IMG/VR virus record: IMGVR_UViG_3300035698_012707
Location: 1-64,000 of that record
Direction: 5' to 3' (one strand)
Source: a virus
Length of the DNA: 64,000 nucleotides
Made by a program: the position numbers and the translations under genes
In this document: one piece after another, positions 29,466-38,530 of the stretch
Layout: each line of letters begins with the position of its first letter
How positions within the stretch are numbered: the stretch's first letter is position 1
Notes under the pieces: model-generated
The model's database searches: none
Told to the model about the DNA's origin: nothing
The model's input: the letters and a program-made list of their open reading frames with translations, nothing else

Positions 29466-30571
29466 AATATCGGCAATGGACTGATGAAGATAGGGATGAA
29501 TTGACGACTCTTCTTGACGAAGATTTAAATATTGATGAAATAGCAGAAAGATTAGACAGAACTTCTAGATCTGTAGAATATGAAATGGGAAGATCAAAGC
29601 TACAAGCAACCGTTCGAGCTAAGTCTATGTCAGCAAAAGCTGATACTCCTACAAAGAAAACAAAAGAACGAAAAAATGCGATAACAGAAGCATCTGTTGA
29701 GTTTATTGATCAAAAATCATGTAAAAAGAATTATGACAATATCTGGGATACTATAATTAAGTTTCAGACAGAATTACATTCGGTTGATATAGAACAAACA
29801 GATGCACATTTAGCTATAGATACACCTAAGTGGGTAGGTATTGCATTTCAAGGTGACCTTCATCTTGGTAACATAGCAACAGATTACATAACATTGTTAC
29901 AACATAAAAAAATGATACTAGATACAAAAAACTTGTATTTAGTTATAAATGGAGATTATTGTGATAATTATATATCAGGGTCTCATGCTGGTGGATCATT
30001 TGAAGCATTATTTCCTCCTGCTACGCAGAAAACCCTTGCTAAGAACTACATTGAAGACCTTGAAGACAAGGTTCTCGCATTAGTAGCAGGATGTCATGAT
30101 TTGTGGTCGTTAAAGATTGATGACTTTGATATTACTGAGTATCTTGCTAAGCACGGTAACGCAGTTTATCTTGGTTCCGGCGGAAACTTATACTTAAAGG
30201 TAGGAAAAGTAACTTATAAAATAAGAATGCGTCATAAATATAGGTTTAACTCTCAAGACAATCCATGTCATACGGTTAAGAAGATGTTTGAGAAAGATGG
30301 CGGATTTGATGTTGGTGTGGTTAGCCATAATCATATCTCTGCAATGGAAGAAAGTCAAAAAACAGGCTTAGATGGTAACCTTAAGCGTATTTTCTTACGA
30401 GCAGGTTCTTACAAAGCTAAAGACAGATATTCCAAGCAATTAGGATTTTCAGATGGTGGATTAACTGTTCCTGTTGTGTTGTTTAATCCGGAAACAAGGG
30501 ATATGAGAGGTTTTCAGGATTTAGGAGAAGGGATCGACTATCTGAATTTTCTCAATGGCGAAGTAGAATAA
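29462..30571 (+). CDS. Calcineurin-like metallophosphoesterase with N-terminal HTH
   Basis: GDLHLG, NGDYCD, GCHD and SHNH motifs; EIAERLDRT HTH. Confidence 0.8.
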   Translation: MKYRQWTDEDRDELTTLLDEDLNIDEIAERLDRTSRSVEYEMGRSKLQATVRAKSMSAKADTPTKKTKERKNAITEASVEFIDQKSCKKNYDNIWDTIIKFQTELHSVDIEQTDAHLAIDTPKWVGIAFQGDLHLGNIATDYITLLQHKKMILDTKNLYLVINGDYCDNYISGSHAGGSFEALFPPATQKTLAKNYIEDLEDKVLALVAGCHDLWSLKIDDFDITEYLAKHGNAVYLGSGGNLYLKVGKVTYKIRMRHKYRFNSQDNPCHTVKKMFEKDGGFDVGVVSHNHISAMEESQKTGLDGNLKRIFLRAGSYKAKDRYSKQLGFSDGGLTVPVVLFNPETRDMRGFQDLGEGIDYLNFLNGEVE

Positions 30572-30573
30572 TA

Positions 30574-31353
30574 ATGTCTTTAAGAAACCTATACTTTAAT
30601 AAACGCATAAGTAAGAAGAAAAAAGACGTTTGGTATTATTTAGAGCTTCTTAATATAACAAAACAAAAAGTTTATATAGAGAAGATAAGATATAGGGATA
30701 AGAAGGAAAAAGTTACAACAGTACTAACTGAGAGAAATGTAAAGAAATCAATTAATAAAGCGATACTTGCTGATACTAGGAGTATATCTGATTTTATTGA
30801 TCTTCTGCCTGCTGGAATGCCTGAAGGTGAGCTCATAAATAAGTATGTACATCAAACTTACGATGCTGATCTTAGAATTTCTTCAAGTATGGAAAGATCT
30901 GAAACAATAAGAATATTTAATAAATATAGAGTTTTAAATTCTGACAGAAAAAGATTAATAGCTTCTATACTTAACACTAGAATAGACCTAGGATAAACGA
31001 AAGAGGTGGTTATGAGCGATAAGTTTACTAAAGTTCCATACAACAATCCATCTTTACTACCTTTAGGTAGTTATAATATAGATGTAAAAGAACCAATAGA
31101 GATAGAATTAAAGAACAATGGTTCCTACGGTAGCGAAGAAGAAGGTAAATGGTCTATTATTAATAGATTTGATCTGGCCGACGGCAAAGAGATCACAATA
31201 GTAGATCTAGTTACACTTAAGAAAGTTTTAGATAAAAAAGGATTATACCCTGAATTGAAGGAAGACGAGACAGCTTCTTTATGTCAGTTATCATTGGTTG
31301 ATAATGACCTTACAATAAAGGGTGACGTAGTCAAAGTTACAAAAAGTAAGTAG
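30574..31353 (+). CDS. Two hypothetical ORFs (30574-30996, 31006-31353)
   Basis: ORF track. Confidence 0.65.
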
Positions 31354-31381
31354 TTAACACGTTTGCTGCTCATTTACAAAT

Positions 31382-31434
31382 AAGGCTGTAATAAGTATTA
31401 GTCCATAATTGGCAATATTTCTTACGGCCTTTTT
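31382..31434 (+). terminator. Intrinsic terminator-like hairpin
   Basis: AAGGCTGTAA...TTACGGCCTT followed by TTT. Confidence 0.6.
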
Positions 31435-31456
31435 GTGTCTTAAACCCAAGTAGGTA

Positions 31457-31794
31457 GGGGTTAGATGCCTCGCGGCGTTTAGCCCCGTCCGAAAATAAGC
31501 CAAAAGGGCGCGTCCATCAGCAAAGATGGACTTGAACGAGAATTACTCCTAATTCGAGTTCAAAATGTCCCGCAGTGTAGAAATTTGTGTTATATTTACT
31601 TTTCGATATTTTTGAGATAGAGCGACTTCCCAAAAAAGTAGGTTGCGACGGGAGCTGGGTAACCCCGGTTCTCGTCCCTCCGAAAAGGTTAAGTGACAGT
31701 AGGTTAGTTAACCTAAATAACAAGTGAAGCGATCTAGATCCAGCAGTGTATCCTGCTATTAGCCTTAGAGCACAAAAAGTGCTCATGGGCTAAT
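31457..31794. ncRNA. Putative ~340-nt structured non-coding RNA
   Basis: GC-enriched intergenic stretch with at least 7 consecutive hairpins containing G-U pairs. Confidence 0.5.
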
Positions 31795-31853
31795 TTGCGC
31801 AACAAATAGATTACCGTTATTTTACCAAAAATTTCGCAGGCGATTTCGAGAAA

Positions 31854-32159
31854 ATGATATTTTCAAACATATTTTCGTTTTTTAAGTCGAAAAGGAGCAC
31901 CATGGACAAGAAAGAAAAAAATGGTTCGACAGGAAATAAAAATATACTTACAAGAGAGTACCTTCATTCTATAAGCAGAATAGGAGATAGATTGAAAATG
32001 CTAAGGCGTGATATGAATAAACAAAAGAAAGAAATAGAGTATATGGAAGAAGATGTGCAACTTTTAGCTGATGCTTTTGATTCTCTTTTTCAAGATTTAG
32101 TACAAGAGCTCGAAAAAAGATTTAATAAAAACGATGACCATAAGGTGGAAAAAGTATGA
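31854..32159 (+). CDS. Coiled-coil hypothetical protein
   Basis: ORF track; real start may be MDKKEK after AGGAG. Confidence 0.6.
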   Translation: MIFSNIFSFFKSKRSTMDKKEKNGSTGNKNILTREYLHSISRIGDRLKMLRRDMNKQKKEIEYMEEDVQLLADAFDSLFQDLVQELEKRFNKNDDHKVEKV

Positions 32160-32887
32160 GTAAAAAGAAAACATGTGCCACATGTGGCAAAGAAATATCA
32201 ATTAATGCAAAAAAATGTAAATCTTGCTCAAGAAAAGGTAAATACAATCCAGCATATAAACATGGTTTAAAAATAAAAGACAAAAAAGAACGAAGATATA
32301 AATTTTGTGTTGATTGCGGAGAAAAAATAGACCATACAGCCATTAGATGTATAAGGTGTAGTAATATTTACAGAAGCGAAGAACGAAGTGCAACATGGAA
32401 AGGTGGTGTTGATGCAGAGGGATATATAAGATCTAAGTTTAATAATAAACTTAAAGAATATATTAGAAAAAGAGATGAAAATACTTGTCAAGAGTGCGGC
32501 AAAGTATATGTACATAAAGGAAAAGCTCTAGACGTTCATCATATAGATTATGATAAAATCAATAATATTCCAAGTAATCTTATTACGCTCTGCAATAAAT
32601 GTCACACAAGAACAAGCATTAAGGATAGAGAATACTGGTATGTTCATTTTATGGATAAAGTAAACACAAGCGATAAATGGCTTAAAGTTACTTGGGAAGA
32701 CGCTTGTACTTATGCTAGCGAAAGTATAGAAGATATGAGCGAAAAGAAACCAGAATTAGTAGATACTTTTGGTAAAATTGTAATATATAATAAAGAATAT
32801 TGCTTAATAATAACACATGATAGTAGAGGAATATCTAATGATTATTTAAGAATTCCAATTTCTTTAGTAAGGAAAATTGAAATATAA
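32156..32887 (+). CDS. HNH endonuclease with Zn fingers and extra C-terminal domain
   Basis: RDENTCQECG..LDVHHIDYDKINN.PSNLITLCNKCH. Confidence 0.85.
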   Translation: MSKKKTCATCGKEISINAKKCKSCSRKGKYNPAYKHGLKIKDKKERRYKFCVDCGEKIDHTAIRCIRCSNIYRSEERSATWKGGVDAEGYIRSKFNNKLKEYIRKRDENTCQECGKVYVHKGKALDVHHIDYDKINNIPSNLITLCNKCHTRTSIKDREYWYVHFMDKVNTSDKWLKVTWEDACTYASESIEDMSEKKPELVDTFGKIVIYNKEYCLIITHDSRGISNDYLRIPISLVRKIEI

Positions 32888-32903
32888 AAACTTAAAATAA
32901 AGC

Positions 32904-32932
32904 TTGACAAAATATTTTGAAAATGGTATAAT
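32904..32932 (+). promoter_or_regulatory. Consensus sigma70 promoter
   Basis: TTGACA-17 bp-TATAAT, extended -10 TG, A-rich UP region. Confidence 0.85.
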
Positions 32933-32954
32933 AAGAAATACAAAGGAGATTTAA

Positions 32955-33260
32955 ATGTCTTATACAGTTAGTCGTAATGACGGGTACATAAGGATGGAAG
33001 GGGAACCTGACTTACCATACCCAGTAATAGACACAGAGAAATTAGCAAAGGTCAGCATATCTCATGAACTATTACATCAACTTCTTGATCTACCTGATGA
33101 TGTTAGAATCACTTCTATGCATACGTCACGAGGTGAACAATACACTGGTATGTATATGATATGTGATAGGTTTGATAGAGTACCAGACGGAGCTGTAGCT
33201 CCTGAAATATCTATTGAAAATGTAAAGTCTGTTGGTTTGTGGGATTCAGAAGGAAACTAA
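32955..33260 (+). CDS. Hypothetical protein, C-terminal tag WDSEGN
   Basis: ORF track. Confidence 0.7.
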   Translation: MSYTVSRNDGYIRMEGEPDLPYPVIDTEKLAKVSISHELLHQLLDLPDDVRITSMHTSRGEQYTGMYMICDRFDRVPDGAVAPEISIENVKSVGLWDSEGN

Positions 33261-33517
33261 TGGAATCAGAAATAGGAATTATATATTGTGATCATTGTAA
33301 TTCTCCAGCACTAACATATGATCTTGATTTTATGAAAAACGCACCAGCACAACAGCTAATAGAGGCTAAACATTTTCAATATATAGGAATGGATGGTCCA
33401 TTTCCTTACGAAGAAGCGAGATGTCCAAGATGCGAAGAGAATATTATTGTATGCATAATGAAAGAGTGGGAAAAATTAAAAGAAACAAGGGAGTGGGACT
33501 TATCATACAATGAGTGA
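33260..33517 (+). CDS. Zinc-ribbon protein, C-terminal tag WDLSYN(E)
   Basis: CDHC...CPRC. Confidence 0.7.
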   Translation: MESEIGIIYCDHCNSPALTYDLDFMKNAPAQQLIEAKHFQYIGMDGPFPYEEARCPRCEENIIVCIMKEWEKLKETREWDLSYNE

Positions 33518-33863
33518 TTTTAAAAATAGTCTTGAACTATATGTTGCAGACAAGATGACAGAAGTATATAAGTATTGCAGACCAACAATAGCGTCTGGTG
33601 CAACACCAGCAGAAAAGGGAGACATTAAAAATCCCTGGTTTAATATAGAGTGCAAGCAAAAGCGCACAAGTAAAGCATTTACGATACCATATAAAGAATG
33701 GTATAAGAATTGCGGCGAGGCAGACTCACAGTACAAAGATCCGGTTTTTGTTGTTGAAAACGAACTGGGTGAGAAAATAGCTGCAATGAGATTGGATGAA
33801 TGGTTCCAGTTAATTAACGAATTAATGGACCTTAGAAAAATATTGGAGGAGAAAAATGACTGA
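33510..33863 (+). CDS. PD-(D/E)XK Holliday-junction-resolvase-like nuclease
   Basis: ASGA...KGDI.....IECK. Confidence 0.7.
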   Translation: MSDFKNSLELYVADKMTEVYKYCRPTIASGATPAEKGDIKNPWFNIECKQKRTSKAFTIPYKEWYKNCGEADSQYKDPVFVVENELGEKIAAMRLDEWFQLINELMDLRKILEEKND

Positions 33864-35040
33864 AGAAAATAATTTACCAGAAATAGAAACTAGAGACGAC
33901 ATGGACCTAGAAGGAAAGCGCAAAGAGGTTGAAGATCTATTGCCAAAAGCTACGGGTGGAGTAGAAATACCGATGATACCACTAGAAGATTTTGAAATAC
34001 CTGATTCAGAAATAAAGTCAGAGATTGGTGCAGTTAATTCATACGTAGGGTCAGTAGAGTATGGTGTTATTGGCTGTGGTCAAGCAGGTGGAAGAATAGC
34101 TAAGAGTTTCTTTGATCAAGGATATAAGAAATGTTTAGCTATCAATACAGCTAAGGCTGACTTAAATCCATTAGACATACCTGAAGAACAGAAGCTTAAG
34201 ATAGGTGACGCAGAAGGGTCCGGAAAAGATATGAATAAGGGACACGAGGCTGCTAAAGATTCCTATCAAAGAATATTGGACAGAATTAAGAGTACCTTTG
34301 GTACTGTTGAAAAGATAGTAATAACTGTTGGTTTCGGCGGCGGCACAGGAGCGGGATCACTAAACGTATTAGTGAAGATAGCACAGAGCTATCTAGAGAT
34401 GTTAGGAAACAAAAATTATCTTACCGATGTAATAGTTATAGCAGCACTTCCAACAAACGGTGAGAAAAAGAGTAAGACTATCTCTACGAATCTCCTCCTA
34501 GTTAAAGATCGTATAAAAGAGATGGTAGATCAAGGTCAAGTGGGTCCTCTATTTATAATTGACAACAGCAAGATAGAGACACTATACAGAGGAATTACGC
34601 CCGCTAAGTTCTGGAGTACAGTAAACGATACTATTACTGGACTGTTCCAGACATATAATTACCTTTCTACTCAAGAAAGTAGTTATACATCATTCGATGC
34701 AGAAGACTATAAGACAGTACTTTCTGCTCCTGGTTACGCCGTGTTAGGTGTTACAAAGGTAGACACAAAAGGATCTGATATGAGCATAGCTCTTCAAGAG
34801 AACTTTAAGAAGACTATTCTTGCTGCGGGTCTAGACTTTAAGACAGCGCGTCAAGCTGGTTGTATACTAGCTGTTAACAATGGTGATCTAGAGGTTATTA
34901 CTATGGATGATCTTAGTTATGCTTTCGATGCGTTCAATACTCTAGTTGGCGGAGCAGATGTTCATCGCGGCCTGTACGGTACAGAAGCTGCTGGAACACG
35001 TGCATACACACTAGTAACAGGATTAAAATCAAATGGGTAG
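33856..35040 (+). CDS. Tubulin/FtsZ-family GTPase
   Basis: IGCGQAGGRIA, AINTA..DL, GSGKD, GFGGGTGAG signature, IIDNSK and SFDAEDY. Confidence 0.9.
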   Translation: MTEENNLPEIETRDDMDLEGKRKEVEDLLPKATGGVEIPMIPLEDFEIPDSEIKSEIGAVNSYVGSVEYGVIGCGQAGGRIAKSFFDQGYKKCLAINTAKADLNPLDIPEEQKLKIGDAEGSGKDMNKGHEAAKDSYQRILDRIKSTFGTVEKIVITVGFGGGTGAGSLNVLVKIAQSYLEMLGNKNYLTDVIVIAALPTNGEKKSKTISTNLLLVKDRIKEMVDQGQVGPLFIIDNSKIETLYRGITPAKFWSTVNDTITGLFQTYNYLSTQESSYTSFDAEDYKTVLSAPGYAVLGVTKVDTKGSDMSIALQENFKKTILAAGLDFKTARQAGCILAVNNGDLEVITMDDLSYAFDAFNTLVGGADVHRGLYGTEAAGTRAYTLVTGLKSNG

Positions 35041-35584
35041 AGGAATAATTGGTTTGCCAATAAATGAAACTACTACCAGTGTAATAATTGATTTAGAATA
35101 TTGTGAAAACGTTACATTCAATGACTGTCAGCGCGAGATAATAAGACTTATTGTTCAAGATTCAGATAAACATTCAATTATGGCTTGTCCAAGGAGGTCT
35201 GGTAAATCTTTTATAGTAAGAACTATAGTTGCAAGGTTTAGTAACGATGTTCATGTTGTTTTTCCAAGCAGAAATATAGCACGTTATTCTATTAACGATG
35301 GGCTATGTCCCGACAATGTACATTATATGGACAGTATTTATACGTTGTCTCATGCTAGACCAGCACCAGAGATTATTATTTGTGAAGAATGTTCTGCAAC
35401 TGATAATATTTTATCTATACCTGGTGTTCATAAGGTTTTATCTCTTTACACACCACCAGAGATGGCGATGAACGAATACGAAGAGAGTGGGGTTATAAGC
35501 GGACGTGTTACTGAGGATGACTTTTGGGATAATGTATATCCATGTAATAAAAAAGAAAGGGAGTGGGATGACGAAACAAACTAA
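35033..35584 (+). CDS. Short terminase/helicase-like P-loop ATPase domain, C-terminal tag WDDETN
   Basis: CQREII..MACPRRSGKS Walker A; IIICEE Walker-B-like. Confidence 0.6.
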   Translation: MGRGIIGLPINETTTSVIIDLEYCENVTFNDCQREIIRLIVQDSDKHSIMACPRRSGKSFIVRTIVARFSNDVHVVFPSRNIARYSINDGLCPDNVHYMDSIYTLSHARPAPEIIICEECSATDNILSIPGVHKVLSLYTPPEMAMNEYEESGVISGRVTEDDFWDNVYPCNKKEREWDDETN

Positions 35585-35814
35585 AGAGATGCCTATAATT
35601 CCAATAGAAACTGGAGAGGTGTTCTTACAAGACAAAGTAATAGATGAGTCTCACTGTTACATATGTAAGAAAGAGTTTGATAAATTTACCGACAGAGATA
35701 TGTTGTTGCTTAGAATTAAGCCACATGAGATGGGTTTTTGTTGCCCGAGTCATAGAGGAATAGTTGCTGAGTTTATGAAGCAGTATAGAATATTACCGGG
35801 AGGTTGGGAAGAGC

Positions 35815-36255
35815 ATGTGGAAAAAGATGATAATGATTCTGTTGTTGATGACATTAATAGCAGCGCCAGCATCAGCTCAAAGCCGTAGCAAAAAGCTAGC
35901 TAGAGGTACTGTAAATTTTCTAACTGGATGGGTAGAAATACCTAAGAATATATATGACAAAACAATAGAAGAAGATGCATTATCCGGACTAACCCTAGGG
36001 TTAAGCGGAGGAATAGGAATGTTTTTAATCAGAACAGGTACTGGATTATACGAAATTGTTACGTTCCCAATACCTGTCCCAGAGAACTACCAGGCTATAC
36101 TAGAGCCTGAGTTTGTTTTCAACAACGAAGATAAACGTGTAACAAGGAGGAGTAATGACGGTAAACGAAGCAATAAGCCTACAGAAAGCAGTACGAGGAA
36201 GAGTTCAAGAGTTGAAAGCTTTGAGGTCGGAGGTATCAGCGTCGAAGGAGACTAA
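35815..36255 (+). CDS. Exosortase-system-associated TIGR04073-like protein
   Basis: Signal peptide then KLARGTVNFLTGWVEIPKNI..RTGTGLYEIVTFPIP. Confidence 0.7.
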   Translation: MWKKMIMILLLMTLIAAPASAQSRSKKLARGTVNFLTGWVEIPKNIYDKTIEEDALSGLTLGLSGGIGMFLIRTGTGLYEIVTFPIPVPENYQAILEPEFVFNNEDKRVTRRSNDGKRSNKPTESSTRKSSRVESFEVGGISVEGD

Positions 36256-36442
36256 TTGGTATGGAGAGAGAGACAAGACCGAAAAGATTGAGCCTCAGTT
36301 CGATGTTAAGGTAGTAGATACCAAGATCGTAGAGATAGAACTGTTCCTGTATAAGATAGACGCTGCAATAAAGCAGTCTAACGCGGCAACAACGCTAGCT
36401 TTAGATGCAAATCTAGAGTCATTGTTAGCGCCACTGCAGTAA
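36155..36442 (+). CDS. Helical hairpin protein (DIP1984-like)
   Basis: MTVNEAISL...IDAAIKQSNAAT pattern; AGGAGG SD. Confidence 0.5.
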   Translation: MTVNEAISLQKAVRGRVQELKALRSEVSASKETNWYGERDKTEKIEPQFDVKVVDTKIVEIELFLYKIDAAIKQSNAATTLALDANLESLLAPLQ

Positions 36443-36448
36443 CATAGA

Positions 36449-36703
36449 ATTGTAGATGTAGGTCTATTTATTCTGTACAACGGAGTGAATAGTTTAAGAG
36501 AATAACTTGTAGCTTACAGTGGGCTTAGGTCCGTTGATTCGCTCCTAACATGGCTGAATTTAAACCTTGTTGATACGACAAAAATAAATAACTTATTTAA
36601 TTAAGTGTTGTTGATTGTTGGTCGTGTCCGGGGCTTTGAGTTGTTGTTAATTGTAGTTAATTATTGTCAACTAGCAATTTATTTCCTACTACATCTGCAC
36701 AAT
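36449..36703 (+). ncRNA. Putative structured RNA downstream of the DIP1984-like gene
   Basis: Outer stem ATTGTAGATGTAGG/CCTACTACATCTGCACAAT; inner stem GGAGTGAAT/ATTCGCTCC; TTGTTG-rich repeats. Confidence 0.5.
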
Positions 36704-36719
36704 ACATAACGGAGGTATA

Positions 36720-37268
36720 ATGATAATACTATTAAGTATCTTGATAGTAATAGGTACGCTTGTTCTCAGTGGTAAGCTATGGAGAATGGGTGGAGATGGA
36801 CAGGGTTGGGCTAGAGCCTTCGCCTTTCCTTCTCTTTGTGCGCTTGCAAAACTAGCGTTACTTGCACTAAACCTACCATGGTCATGGTGGTTTTTACTAA
36901 CCTTTTTATATATACCCGCACTGTGGGGTCTTATGTCATTAATTAGCTACGGAGTAACAGCACCACCACATAAATTTTGGATGTGGGTGGTAGGCCATTG
37001 GACTGGTAATTATAGTGATCCTGTTTGGCGTGCGCTTGCTAACGACGGAAAGATAGCAGCAATAGAAATAGCAACACGCTGTACGTGTGGATTCTTTTGG
37101 TCACTAGCCGCAGCAATCTTTGCATACTTAACAGGTGCATGGATATTGTTTGGAGTGTATGTACTATTTCTTACAATAGCTAACGGTTTGATCTGGAAAT
37201 ATATAAAAGACGTAGAAAAAAACGAGAGGTTGGTTGGAGCATGTGTAGCTACAAGCACAATGATTTAG
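36720..37268 (+). CDS. Multi-pass membrane protein
   Basis: Several hydrophobic segments; GGAGGT SD. Confidence 0.75.
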   Translation: MIILLSILIVIGTLVLSGKLWRMGGDGQGWARAFAFPSLCALAKLALLALNLPWSWWFLLTFLYIPALWGLMSLISYGVTAPPHKFWMWVVGHWTGNYSDPVWRALANDGKIAAIEIATRCTCGFFWSLAAAIFAYLTGAWILFGVYVLFLTIANGLIWKYIKDVEKNERLVGACVATSTMI

Positions 37269-37570
37269 AACAGCAAGCAAAATACATAAGAAAACTTAGC
37301 AAGAAACTTGTTAAGCAAGGGCCTGAAGCTTGTAGAAAATTTTTAATATCAACAGGTGCTTACAATGAAGATGGAACCCTAAAGGATACATACAAATGAG
37401 TATAAATATAATAAAAGCATTAGAAAGAGCTGGATTTAAATCTGAATGTCATGAGATAATCCTGACTAAAGAGATGAGAAAAATGTCCAAAGATGTTCAC
37501 AACTTTCTTAAAGAAAAGAGAAAACTAGAAATAAAATCAAGAGATATAAATATGATGTTTGATTAATTAT

Positions 37571-37646
37571 TGCGGGATGGAGCAGTGGTCAGCTCGAGTG
37601 TCTCATAAGCACTAGGTCGTGGATTCGAATTCCGCTCCCGCAACCA
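37571..37646 (+). tRNA. tRNA-Met(CAT)
   Basis: Cloverleaf; loop CTCATAA; T-loop TTCGAAT; CCA end. Confidence 0.9.
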
Positions 37647-37716
37647 TATAATAATAACTATTTATACTCTTAACCTAGTGACTATTTGAAAGTAAAAATT
37701 TCGCAGAGAGTTATTA

Positions 37717-37803
37717 GCGGGTGTGGTGAAATTGGCAAACACGCTAGATTTAGAATCTAGTGTCAGAGATGACATGGGAGTTCAAGTCTCTCCACCCGCA
37801 CCA
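37717..37803 (+). tRNA. tRNA-Leu(TAG)
   Basis: CTAGA-TTTAGAA-TCTAG; long variable arm; CCA. Confidence 0.92.
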
Positions 37804-37817
37804 AGTTTAAATTATAT

Positions 37818-37895
37818 GGTGGTTGTAGCTTAATTAGATAAAGCACTTGACTGTGAATCAGGAAGATGGCAGTGCAACTCTGCTCGATCACCCCA
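37818..37895 (+). tRNA. tRNA-His(GTG)
   Basis: G-1; CTTGA-CTGTGAA-TCAGG; C discriminator and CCA; atypical T-loop TGCAACT. Confidence 0.85.
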
Positions 37896-38226
37896 AAAAT
37901 TATAAGTAAGAAGAATTAAACGGAGGAATAAGATGAAATATGTTTATCTTGTAGAACTTGAAAAAGAAGACGAAGAAAGATTTAAAAAACTTATTCAAAA
38001 AGATTTTAAAAATTCTATAGTAAAATTAAAAAGCTTTGGAGATATTGAATCAGTGGAAAACCAAGAAGAATATGACGCTTGGATGGCAGCTGGATAACAA
38101 AAGGAGGAATACAATGGGATTAATAGTATTAGCAGCTAATTTCTGGTATTTGTATGGTGTTGCTTGCGGCCAGGTAGTAGGCGCAGCAGCCATTCAAAAA
38201 ATGATCTTAGGTGCATAGAGTGTGAT

Positions 38227-38318
38227 GGGGTGCGGCATGCTAACATGTCCATGATACAGCGGGTGTGATAACATACCCGTGCTGTAGCAGGTGTAGGAAT
38301 TAACCTACCGCCCCTCCA
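38227..38318 (+). ncRNA. tRNA-like RNA with elongated central hairpin
   Basis: GGGGTG/CGCCCC acceptor then TCCA; GTAGG/CCTAC T-like arm; no anticodon loop. Confidence 0.5.
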
Positions 38319-38327
38319 ATTTTTTAT

Positions 38328-38357
38328 GGAGACGTGGTGTAATTGGTAACACAGCAT
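38328..38357 (+). pseudogene. 5' fragment of a tRNA
   Basis: GGAGACG-TG-GTGT-AATTGGTA-ACAC D-arm, then truncated. Confidence 0.55.
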
Positions 38358-38364
38358 ATTTTAG

Positions 38365-38441
38365 AGAGGAGTAGTTCAGTTGGTCAGAACATCAGGTTTT
38401 GATCCTGTCGGTCGCTGGTTCGAATCCGGCCTCCTCTTCCA
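38365..38441 (+). tRNA. tRNA-Gln(TTG)
   Basis: AGAGGAG/CTCCTCT acceptor; loop TTTTGAT; GGTTCGAATCC; CCA. Confidence 0.85.
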
Positions 38442-38442
38442 T

Positions 38443-38517
38443 CAGGGAGTAACTCAGTCTGGTCAGAGTCCTCGCTTTGGAAGCGAGTTGTCAGAAGTTC
38501 AAATCTTCTCTTCCTGA
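38443..38517 (+). tRNA. tRNA-Pro(TGG), CCA not encoded
   Basis: CTCGC-TTTGGAA-GCGAG; CAGGGAG/CTTCCTG acceptor. Confidence 0.88.
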
Positions 38518-38530
38518 CTCTTTTAAATTA

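Noticed and set aside
31517-31786. 89-aa - strand ORF
   Set aside because: Isolated orientation and atypical composition; better explained by the hairpin-rich non-coding element.
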